Under the pieces are notes generated by a model. It saw nothing but the letters and a program-made list of their open reading frames with translations. It made no database searches and was not told the DNA's origin. A stretch of DNA of 64,000 nt from Penicillus capitatus (lineage: Eukaryota; Plantae; Chlorophyta). Position 1 is the first letter of the stretch, and each line of letters starts with the position of its first letter. The stretch is taken from contig OZ287695.1 of assembly GCA_965649825.1 (NCBI GenBank), forward strand, positions 1-64,000, in the 5' to 3' direction. The translations under genes and the position numbers were made by a program. Positions 1-10,078 of this stretch are shown here, piece by piece.

Positions 1-704
1 TCAAAGAAATGGGCAAAATCTGCAAAAGTGCGTCAGCTTCGAGAAGCGGGCGCGGCCAGCGTGGGGCGTTTTCGACACGGGCAAGCCAGGGGACACGTCG
101 CCGTGAGTCTACCGCGTCTGATGGCCCCTATCTCGCGTTGAGAAGCGCGCGGTGGATGGCGGTCTCTTGGATGCGGTGTCAAAGAAATGGGCAAAATCTG
201 CAAAAGTGCGTCAGCTTCGAGAAGCGGGCGCGGCCAGCGTGGGGCGTTTTCGACACGGGCAAGCCAGGGGACACGTCGCCGTGAGTCTACCGCGTCTGAT
301 GGCCCCTATCTCGCGTTGAGAAGCGCGCGGTGGATGGCGGTCTCTTGGATGCGGTGTCAAAGAAATGGGCAAAATCTGCAAAAGTGCGTCAGCTTCGAGA
401 AGCGGGCGCGGCCAGCGTGGGGCGTTTTCGACACGGGCAAGCCAGGGGACACGTCCCCGTGAGTCTACCGGTGACGTTGGCCCCCATCTCGCGTTGAGAA
501 GCGCGCGGCGGATGGCGGTCTCTTGGATGCGGTGTCCACAAAATGGGCAAAATCTGCAAAAGTGCGTCAGCTTCGAGAAGCGGGCGCGGCCAGCGTGGGG
601 CGTTTTCGACACGGGCAAGCAAGGGGACACGTCCCCGTCAGTCTACCGCGTCTGATGGCCCCTATCTCGCGTTGAGAAGCGCGCGGTGGATGGCGGTCTC
701 TTGG
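1..704. repeat. 178-bp tandem satellite (type A), left segment; runs off the window start
   Basis: The motif aaatgggcaaaatctgcaaaagtgcgtcagc recurs with its ATG at 9, 187, 365 and 543 (period 178). Confidence 0.99.
689..704 (+). repeat. Left copy of putative target-site duplication GATGGCGGTCTCTTGG
   Basis: Identical to 2548-2563; occurs once per normal monomer. Confidence 0.85.
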
Positions 705-711
705 CAGAGCT

Positions 712-1275
712 GCGGAACCTTCCCGACCACCCCCATGCGGACCCGTTCAGCGGTTCAGCGGGTCGTCACATCAGATTTCCAGCTCCCGGCCGGTCAGCGA
801 GTTGGCCGCCGTCGAGCACGCGAGCCAGCTCAGAACACTCCTACCAGCATCCAGGTTGCTTCGGCCAAGTCGTTTGGAGAACATGCGGAACCTTCCCGTG
901 GACCCCCATGCTGACCCGTTCAGCGGTTCAGCGGGTCCGCGTTACACTCGTCAAATCCGAGCGATTCGAGGCTCTGGACGTGCGCAACTTGCCACCATTC
1001 GAGCATGCCGGGCTCCCGCCACCACGCCTGTGAGCCTGGCGGTGTCACATGTCGGAGCTCGGACGCGCCACCACGAGTTCCCGTTGGTGCACGAACAGCC
1101 GGAGCGGGTCATACCCCGACCGAGCAGAGGAACCCGCCGGACGCGATCAAGCACGCGAACCAGCTTAGAACACTCCTGCCAGCATGCCGGTTGCATCGGC
1201 CAAGTCGTTCGGCCGACATGCGGAACCTTCCCGTGGACCCCCATGCTGACCCGTTGAGCGGTTCAGCGGGTCGGC
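712..1275 (+). repeat. Degenerate dispersed repeats inside the insertion (three copies of a ~50-bp core; two ~130-bp copies about 335 bp apart)
   Basis: cggaaccttccc...ccccatgc(t/g)gacccgtt(c/g)agcggttcagcgggtc near 712, 886 and 1221. Each ends in an inverted repeat gacccg...cgggtc. Confidence 0.85.
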
Positions 1276-1436
1276 TCCCCTCTGCGTGACACCTCCGACT
1301 TGCGGAACACATCGGCTGACAACCTGATCGTGGATGCACATGGAGAACTTCTAGGAACATCCCGCATGCAGAGGGAGAGTGGATTGGCCGACATGCAGGA
1401 CCTCCCGGAGCGCTAACGTGCTCGAGCATTCCAGCG

Positions 1437-2547
1437 CACACCACCCGTCGGTCGCGGAGGATACAAGGGTCCCCCCTTTGCTTCGCATCCTCGCACCACC
1501 CGTCGGTCGCCGGAGGGTACAAGGGTCCCCCGTTTGCTTCGCATCCTCGCACCACCCGTCGGTCGCCGGAGGGTACAAGGGTCCCCCCTTTGCTTCAATT
1601 GTTACGACCCTCAACTACGGTTATAAATGTTGCGACCTCAACTACGGTTATAATTGTTGCGACCCGCCGGAGGGTACAAGGGTCCCCCCTTTGCTTCGCA
1701 TCCTCGCACCACCCGTCGGTCGCGGAGGATACAAGGGTCCCCCCTTTGCTTCGCATCCTCGCACCACCCGTCGGTCGCCGGAGGGTACAAGGGTCCCCCC
1801 TTTGCTTCAATTGTTACGACCCTCAACTACGGTTACAATTGTTGCGACCCTCAACTACGGTTACAATTGTTGCGACCCTCAACTACGGTTATAATTGTTG
1901 CGACCCGCCGGAGGGTACAAGGGTCCGCCCTTGTACTTCAATTGTTACGATCCTCAACTACGGTTACAATTGTTACGATCCTCAACTACGGTTACAATTG
2001 TTACGATCCTCAACTACGGTTACAATTGTTGCGATCCTCAACTACGGTTACAATTGTTGCGACCCTCAACTACGGTTACAATTGTTGCGACCCTCAACTA
2101 CGGTTATAATTGTTGCGACCGCCGGAGGGAACAAGGGTCCCCCCTTTGCTTCGCATCCTCGCACCACCCGTCGGTCGCCGGAGGGTACAAGGGTCCCCCC
2201 TTTGCTTCAATTGTTGCGACCCTCAACTACGGTTACAATTGTTGCGACCCTCAACTACGGTTATAATTGTTGCGACCGCCGGAGGGAACAAGGGTCCCCC
2301 CTTTGCTTCGCATCCTCGCACCACCCGTCGGTCGCGGAGGGTACAAGGGTCCCCCCTTTGCTTCGCATCCTCGCACCACCCGTCGGTCGCGGAGGATACA
2401 AGGGTCCCCCCTTTGCTTCGCATCCTCGCACCACCCGTCGGTCGCCGGAGGGAACAAGGGTCCCCCCCTTTGCTTCAATTGTTACGACCCGCCGAAGGGT
2501 ACAAGGGTCCCCCTTTGCTTCAATTGTTACGACCCGCAGCCGCCGAC
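1437..2547. repeat. Composite minisatellite of three 28-bp modules (A, B, C)
   Basis: A=ggagggtacaagggtcccccctttgctt, B=cgcatcctcgcaccacccgtcggtcgcc, C=caattgtt(a/g)cgaccctcaactacggtta, plus a half-C connector (c/t)aattgtt(a/g)cgacccgcc. Confidence 0.95.
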
Positions 2548-2563
2548 GATGGCGGTCTCTTGG
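2548..2563 (+). repeat. Right copy of putative target-site duplication GATGGCGGTCTCTTGG
   Basis: Identical to 689-704. Confidence 0.85.
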
Positions 2564-5500
2564 ATGCGGTGTCCACAAAATGGGCAAAATCTGCAAAAGT
2601 GCGTCAGCTTCGAGAAGCGGGCGCGGCCAGCGTGGGGCGTTTTCGACACGGGCAAGCCAGGGGACACGTCCCCGTGAGGCTACCGCGTCTGATGGCCCCC
2701 ATCTCGCGTTGAGAAGCGCGCGGCGGATGGCGGTCTCTTGGATGCGGTGTCAAAGAAATGGGCAAAATCTGCAAAAGTGCGTCAGCTTCGAGAAGCGGGC
2801 GCGGCCAGCGTGGGGCGTTTTCGACACGGGCAAGCCAGGGGGCACGTCCCCGTGAGGCTACCGCGTCTGATGGCCCCCATCTCGCGTTGAGAAGCGCGCG
2901 GCGGATGGCGGTCTCTTGGATGCGGTGTCCACAAAATGGGCAAAATCTGCAAAAGTGCGTCAGCTTCGAGAAGCGGGCGCGGCCAGCGTGGGGCGTTTTC
3001 GACACGGGCAAGCCAGGGGACACGTCCCCGTGAGTCTACCGGTGACGTTGGCCCCCATCTCGCGTTGAGAAGCGCGCGGTGGATGGCAGTCTCTTGGCCG
3101 TGGTGTTAATTAAATGGGCAAAATCTGCGAAAAGTGCGTCATCTTTAGAACGGGGGCGAGCCCAGCGTGGGGCGTTTTCGACACGGGCAAGCCAGGGGAC
3201 ACGTCGCCGTGAGTCTGCCGGTGACGTTGGCCCCCATCTCGCGTTGAGAAGCGCGCGGCGGATGGCGGTCTCTTGGATGCGGTGTCCACAAAATGGGCAA
3301 AATCTGCAAAAGTGCGTCAGCTTCGAGAAGCGGGCGCGGCCAGCGTGGGGCGTTTTCGACACGGGCAAGCCAGGGGACACGTCCCCGTGAGTCTACCGCG
3401 TCTGATGGCCCCTATCTCGCGTTGAGAAGCGCGCGGCGGATGGCGGTCTCTTGGATGCGGTGTCCACAAAATGGGCAAAATCTGCAAAAGTGCGTCAGCT
3501 TCGAGAAGCGGGCGCGGCCAGCGTGGGGCGTTTTCGACACGGGCAAGCCAGGGGACACGTCCCCGTGAGTCTGCCGGTGACGTTGGCCCCCATCTCGCGT
3601 TGAGAAGCGCGCGGTGGATGGCGGTCTCTTGGATGCGGTGTCCACAAAATGGGCAAAATCTGCAAAAGTGCGTCAGCTTCGAGAAGCGGGCGCGGCCAGC
3701 GTGGGGCGTTTTCGACACGGGCAAGCCAGGGGACACGTCCCCGTGAGGCTACCGCGTCTGATGGCCCCCATCTCGCGTTGAGAAGCGCGCGGCGGATGGC
3801 GGTCTCTTGGATGCGGTGTCAAAGAAATGGGCAAAATCTGCAAAAGTGCGTCAGCTTCGAGAAGCGGGCGCGGCCAGCGTGGGGCGTTTTCGACACGGGC
3901 AAGCCAGGGGACACGTCCCCGTGAGTCTACCGGTGACGTTGGCCCCCATCTCGCGTTGAGAAGCGCGCGGTGGATGGCAGTCTCTTGGCCGTGGTGTTAA
4001 TTAAATGGGCAAAATCTGCGAAAAGTGCGTCATCTTTAGAACGGGGGCGAGCCCAGCGTGGGGCGTTTTCGACACGGGCAAGCCAGGGGACACGTCGCCG
4101 TGAGTCTGCCGGTGACGTTGGCCCCCATCTCGCGTTGAGAAGCGCGCGGCGGATGGCGGTCTCTTGGATGCGGTGTCCACAAAATGGGCAAAATCTGCAA
4201 AAGTGCGTCAGCTTCGAGAAGCGGGCGCGGCCAGCGTGGGGCGTTTTCGACACGGGCAAGCCAGGGGACACGTCCCCGTGAGTCTACCGCGTCTGATGGC
4301 CCCTATCTCGCGTTGAGAAGCGCGCGGCGGATGGCGGTCTCTTGGATGCGGTGTCCACAAAATGGGCAAAATCTGCAAAAGTGCGTCAGCTTCGAGAAGC
4401 GGGCGCGGCCAGCGTGGGGCGTTTTCGACACGGGCAAGCCAGGGGACACGTCCCCGTGAGTCTGCCGGTGACGTTGGCCCCCATCTCGCGTTGAGAAGCG
4501 CGCGGTGGATGGCGGTCTCTTGGATGCGGTGTCCACAAAATGGGCAAAATCTGCAAAAGTGCGTCAGCTTCGAGAAGCGGGCGCGGCCAGCGTGGGGCGT
4601 TTTCGACACGGGCAAGCCAGGGGACACGTCCCCGTGAGGCTACCGCGTCTGATGGCCCCCATCTCGCGTTGAGAAGCGCGCGGCGGATGGCGGTCTCTTG
4701 GACGTGGTGTCCACAAAATGGGCAAAATCTGCAAAAGTGCGTCAGCTTCGAGAAGCGGGCGCGGCCAGCGTGGGGCGTTTTCGACACGGGCAAGCCAGGG
4801 GACACGTCCCCGTGAGTCTACCGCGTCTGATGGCCCCCATCTCGCGTTGAGAAGCGCGCGGCGGATGGCGGTCTCTTGGACGTGGTGTCCACAAAATGGG
4901 CAAAATCTGCAAAAGTGCGTCAGCTTCGAGAAGCGGGCGCGGCCAGCGTGGGGCGTTTTCGACACGGGCAAGCCAGGGGACACGTCGCCGTGAGTCTGCC
5001 GGTGACGTTGGCCCCCATCTCGCGTTGAGAAGCGCGCGGCGGATGGCGGTCTCTTGGATGCGGTGTCCACAAAATGGGCAAAATCTGCAAAAGTGCGTCA
5101 GCTTCGAGAAGCGGGCGCGGCCAGCGTGGGGCGTTTTCGACACGGGCAAGCCAGGGGACACGTCCCCGTGAGTCTGCCGGTGACGTTGGCCCCCATCTCG
5201 CGTTGAGAAGCGCGCGGCGGATGGCGGTCTCTTGGATGCGGTGTCCACAAAATGGGCAAAATCTGCAAAAGTGCGTCAGCTTCGAGAAGCGGGCGCGGCC
5301 AGCGTGGGGCGTTTTCGACACGGGCAAGCCAGGGGACACGTCCCCGTGAGTCTACCGCGTCTGATGGCCCCCATCTCGCGTTGAGAAGCGCGCGGCGGAT
5401 GGCGGTCTCTTGGATGCGGTGTCAAAGAAATGGGCAAAATGTGCAAAAGTGCGTCAGCTTCGAGAAGCGGGCGCGGCCAGCGTGGGGCGTTTTCGACACG

Positions 5501-7710
5501 GGCAAGCCAGGGGACACGTCGCCGTGAGTCTGCCGGTGACGTTGGCCCCCATCTCGCGTTGAGAAGCGCGCGGCGGATGGCGGTCTCTTGGACGTGGTGT
5601 CAAAGAAATGGGCAAAATTCGCAAAAGGGCGTCAGCTTCGAGAAGCGGGCGCGGCCAGCGTGGGGCGTTTTCGACACGGGCAAGCCAGGGGGCACGTCCC
5701 CGTGAGGCTACCGCGTCTGATGGCCCCTATCTCGCGTTGAGAAGCGCGCAGCGGATGGCGGTCTCTTGGATGCGGTGTCCACGAAATGGGCAAAATGTGC
5801 GAAAAGGGCGTCAGCTTCGAGAAGCGGGCGAGCCCGGCGTGGGGCGTTTTCGACACGGGCAAGCCAGGGGGCACGTCCCCGTGAGTCTGCCGGTGACGTT
5901 GGCCCCTATCTCGCGTTGAGAAGCGCGCGGCGGATGGCGGTCTCTTGGACGTGGTGTCAAAGAAATGGGCAAAATCTGCAAAAGTGCGTCAGCTTCGAGA
6001 AGCGGGCGCGGCCAGCGTGGGGCGTTTTCGACACGGGCAAGCCAGGGGACACGTCCTTGTGAGTCTACCGGTGACGTTGGCCCCTATCTCTCGTTGAGAA
6101 GCGCGCGGCGGATGGCGGTCTCTTGGACGTGGTGTCCACAAAATGGGCAAAATCCGCAAAAGTGCGTCAGCTTCGAGAAGCGGGCGCGGCCAGCGTGGGG
6201 CGTTTTCGACACGGGCAAGCCAGGGGACACGTCCCCGTGAGTCTGCCGGTGACGTTGGCCCCTATCTCGCGTTGAGAAGCGCGCGGCGGATGGCGGTCTC
6301 TTGGATGCGGTGTCCACAAAATGGGCAAAATCCGCAAAAGTGCGTCAGCTTCGAGAAGCGGGCGCGGCCAGCGTGGGGCGTTTTCGACACGGGCAAGCCA
6401 GGGGGCACGTCCCCGTGAGTCTGCCGGTGACGTTGGCCCCTATCTCGCGTTGAGAAGCGCGCGGCGGATGGCGGTCTCTTGGACGTGGTGTCAAAGAAAT
6501 GGGCAAAATCTGCAAAAGTGCGTCAGCTTCGAGAAGCGGGCGCGGCCAGCGTGGGGCGTTTTCGACACGGGCAAGCCAGGGGGCACGTGCCCGTGAGTCT
6601 GCCGGTGACGTTGGCCCCTATCTCTCGTTGAGAAGCGCGCGGCGGATGGCGGTCTCTTGGACGTGGTGTCCACAAAATGGGCAAAATCCGCAAAAGTGCG
6701 TCAGCTTCGAGAAGCGGGCGCGGCCAGCGTGGGGCGTTTTCGACACGGGCAAGCCAGGGGACACGTCCCCGTGAGTCTGCCGGTGACGTTGGCCCCTATC
6801 TCGCGTTGAGAAGCGCGCGGCGGATGGCGGTCTCTTGGATGCGGTGTCCACAAAATGGGCAAAATCCGCAAAAGTGCGTCAGCTTCGAGAAGCGGGCGCG
6901 GCCAGCGTGGGGCGTTTTCGACACGGGCAAGCCAGGGGGCACGTCCCCGTGAGTCTGCCGGTGACGTTGGCCCCTATCTCGCGTTGAGAAGCGCGCGGCG
7001 GATGGCGGTCTCTTGGACGTGGTGTCAAAGAAATGGGCAAAATGTGCGAAAAGGGCGTCAGCTTCGAGAAGCGGGCGAGCCCGGCGTGGGGCGTTTTCGA
7101 CACGGGCAAGCCAGGGGGCACGTCCCCGTGAGTCTGCCGGTGACGTTGGCCCCTATCTCGCGTTGAGAAGCGCGCGGCGGATGGCGGTCTCTTGGACGTG
7201 GTGTCCATGAAATGGGCAAAATCTGCAAAAGTGCGTCAGCTTCGAGAAGCGGGCGCGGCCAGCGTGGGGCGTTTTCGACACGGGCAAGCCAGGGGGCACG
7301 TCCTTGTGAGTCTACCGGTGACGTTGGCCCCTATCTCGCGTCGAGAAGCGCGCGGCGGATGGCGGTCTCTTGGACGTGGTGTCAAAGAAATGGGCAAAAT
7401 CTGCAAAAGTGCGTCAGCTTCGAGAAGCGGGCGCGGCCAGCGTGGGGCGTTTTCGACACGGGCAAGCCAGGGGGCACGTCCCCGTGAGTCTGCCGGTGAC
7501 GTTGGCCCCTATCTCGCGTTGAGAAGCGCGCGGCGGATGGCGGTCTCTTGGACGTGGTGTCAAAGAAATGGGCAAAATCTGCAAAAGTGCGTCAGCTTCG
7601 AGAAGCGGGCGCGGCCAGCGTGGGGCGTTTTCGACACGGGCAAGCCAGGGGACACGTCCCCGTGAGTCTGCCGGTGACGTTGGCCCCTATCTCGCGTTGA
7701 GAAGCGCGCG

Positions 7711-10078
7711 GTGGAGGGCAGTCTCTTGGCCGTGATGTTAATTAAATGGGCAAAATGTGCGAAAAGTGCGTCATCTTTAGAACGGGGGCGAGCCCAGCGT
7801 GGGGCGTTTTCGAGTCGGGCAAGCCAGGGGACACGTCCCCGTGAGTCTACCGGTGACGTTGGCCCCTATCTCGCGTTGAGAAGCGCGCGGTGGAGGGCAG
7901 TCTCTTGGCCGTGATGTTAATTAAATGGGCAAAATCTGCGAAAAGTGCGTCATCTTTAGAACGGGGGCGAGCCCAGCGTGGGGCGTTTTCGAGTCGGGCA
8001 AGCAGATTAGCACGTCCCCGTAAGTCTACCGGTGACGTTGGCCCCTATCTCGCGTTGAGAAGCGCGCGGTGGAGGGCAGTCTCTTGGCCGTGATGTTAAT
8101 TAAATGGGCAAAATCTGCGAAAAGTGCGTCATCTTTAGAACGGGGGCGAGCCCAGCGTGGGGCGTTTTCGAGTCGGGCAAGCCTAGGGGCACGTCCCCGT
8201 GAGTCTACCGGTGACGTTGGCCCCTATCTCGCGTTGAGAAGCGCGCGGTGGAGGGCAGTCTCTTGGCCGTGATGTTAATTAAATGGGCAAAATCTGCGAA
8301 AAGTGCGTCATCTTTAGAACGGGGGCGAGCCCAGCGTGGGGCGTTTTCGAGTCGGGCAAGCCAGGGGGCACGTCCCCGTGAGTCTACCGGTGACGTTGGC
8401 CCCTATCTCGCGTTGAGAAGCGCGCGGTGGAGGGCAGTCTCTTGGCCGTGATGTTAATTAAATGGGCAAAATCTGCGAAAAGTGCGTCATCTTTAGAACG
8501 GGGGCGAGCCCAGCGTGGGGCGTTTTCGAGTCGGGCAAGCAGATTAGCACGTCCCCGTGAGTCTACCGGTGACGTTGGCCCCCATCTCGCGTTGAGAAGC
8601 GCGCGGTGGATGGCAGTCTCTTGGCCGTGATGTCAATTAAATGGGCAAAATGTGCGAAAAGTGCGTCATCTTTAGAACGGGGGCGAGCCCAGCGTGGGGC
8701 GTTTTCGAGTCGGGCAAGCCTAGGAGCACGTCCCCGTGAGTCTACCGGTGACGTTGGCCCCTATCTCGCGTTGAGAAGCGCGCGGTGGAGGGCAGTCTCT
8801 TGGCCGTGATGTTAATTAAATGGGCAAAATGTGCGAAAAGTGCGTCATCTTTAGAACGGGGGCGAGCCCAGCGTGGGGCGTTTTCGAGTCGGGCAAGCAG
8901 ATTAGCACGTCCCCGTGAGTCTACCGGTGACGTTGGCCCCTGTCTCGGGCCCTGGAGCGCGCGGTGGAGGGCAGTCTCTTGGCCGTGATGTTAATTAAAT
9001 GGGCAAAATGTGCGAAAAGTGCGTCATCTTTAGAACGGGGGCGAGCCCAGCGTGGGGCGTTTTCGAGTCGGGCAAGCCTAGGGGCACGTCCCCGTGAGTC
9101 TACCGGTGACGTTGGCCCCCATCTCGCGTTGAGAAGCGCGCGGTGGATGGCAGTCTCTTGGCCGTGGTGTTAATTAAATGGGCAAAATGTGCGAAAAGTG
9201 CGTCATCTTTAGAACGGGGGCGAGCCCAGCGTGGGGCGTTTTCGAGTCGGGCAAGCAGATTAGCACGTCCCCGTGAGTCTACCGGTGACGTTGGCCCCCA
9301 TCTCGCGTTGAGAAGCGCGCGGTGGATGGCAGTCTCTTGGCCGTGATGTTAATTAAATGGGCAAAATCTGCGAAAAGTGCGTCATCTTTAGAACGGGGGC
9401 GAGCCCAGCGTGGGGCGTTTTCGAGTCGGGCAAGCCTAGGAGCACGTCCCCGTGAGTCTACCGGTGACGTTGGCCCCTATCTCGCGTTGAGAAGCGCGCG
9501 GTGGAGGGCAGTCTCTTGGCCGTGATGTCAATTAAATGGGCAAAATGTGCGAAAAGTGCGTCATCTTTAGAACGGGGGCGAGCCCAGCGTGGGGCGTTTT
9601 CGAGTCGGGCAAGCCTAGGAGCACGTCCCCGTGAGTCTACCGGTGACGTTGGCCCCTATCTCGCGTTGAGAAGCGCGCGGTGGAGGGCAGTCTCTTGGCC
9701 GTGATGTTAATTAAATGGGCAAAATCTGCGAAAAGTGCGTCATCTTTAGAACGGGGGCGAGCCCAGCGTGGGGCGTTTTCGAGTCGGGCAAGCAGATTAG
9801 CACGTCCCCGTAAGTCTACCGGTGACGTTGGCCCCTATCTCGCGTTGAGAAGCGCGCGGTGGAGGGCAGTCTCTTGGCCGTGATGTTAATTAAATGGGCA
9901 AAATCTGCGAAAAGTGCGTCATCTTTAGAACGGGGGCGAGCCCAGCGTGGGGCGTTTTCGAGTCGGGCAAGCCTAGGGGCACGTCCCCGTGAGTCTACCG
10001 GTGACGTTGGCCCCTATCTCGCGTTGAGAAGCGCGCGGTGGAGGGCAGTCTCATGGCCGTGATGTTAATTAAATGGGC
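7711..10078. repeat. Block of about 13 divergent 179-bp (type B) monomers
   Basis: Period 179 (7711, 7890, 8069 ... 9859). Diagnostic sequences ggcagtctcttggccgtgatgttaattaa, atctttagaacgggggcgagccc and ttcgagtcgggc. Confidence 0.95.

Larger units (their letters stand above)
705..2547. mobile_element. 1843-bp non-autonomous insertion in the satellite, flanked by a 16-bp direct duplication
   Basis: Satellite stops after gatggcggtctcttgg (689-704) and resumes with the same 16-mer (2548-2563). The internal sequence is unrelated to the satellite. No LTRs, TIRs, poly(A) or recognisable enzyme ORF. Confidence 0.75.

Noticed and set aside
37-85. CENP-B-box-like TTCG...CGGG motifs (two per monomer)
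   Set aside because: The spacing is 5 and 3 nt rather than the required 7 nt (TTCGnnnnAnnCGGG).
1484-1515. TCCTCGC in module B resembles the HDV-like ribozyme L3 loop; hammerhead cores also looked for
   Set aside because: The flanking P3/P1 pairings cannot be formed and no CUGANGA...GAAA core was found on either strand by eye. An Infernal/RNArobo search would settle it.
1437-2547. CRISPR-like look of the constant A module alternating with other 28-bp units
   Set aside because: The would-be spacers are only two recurring sequences, there are no cas genes, and the context is eukaryotic.
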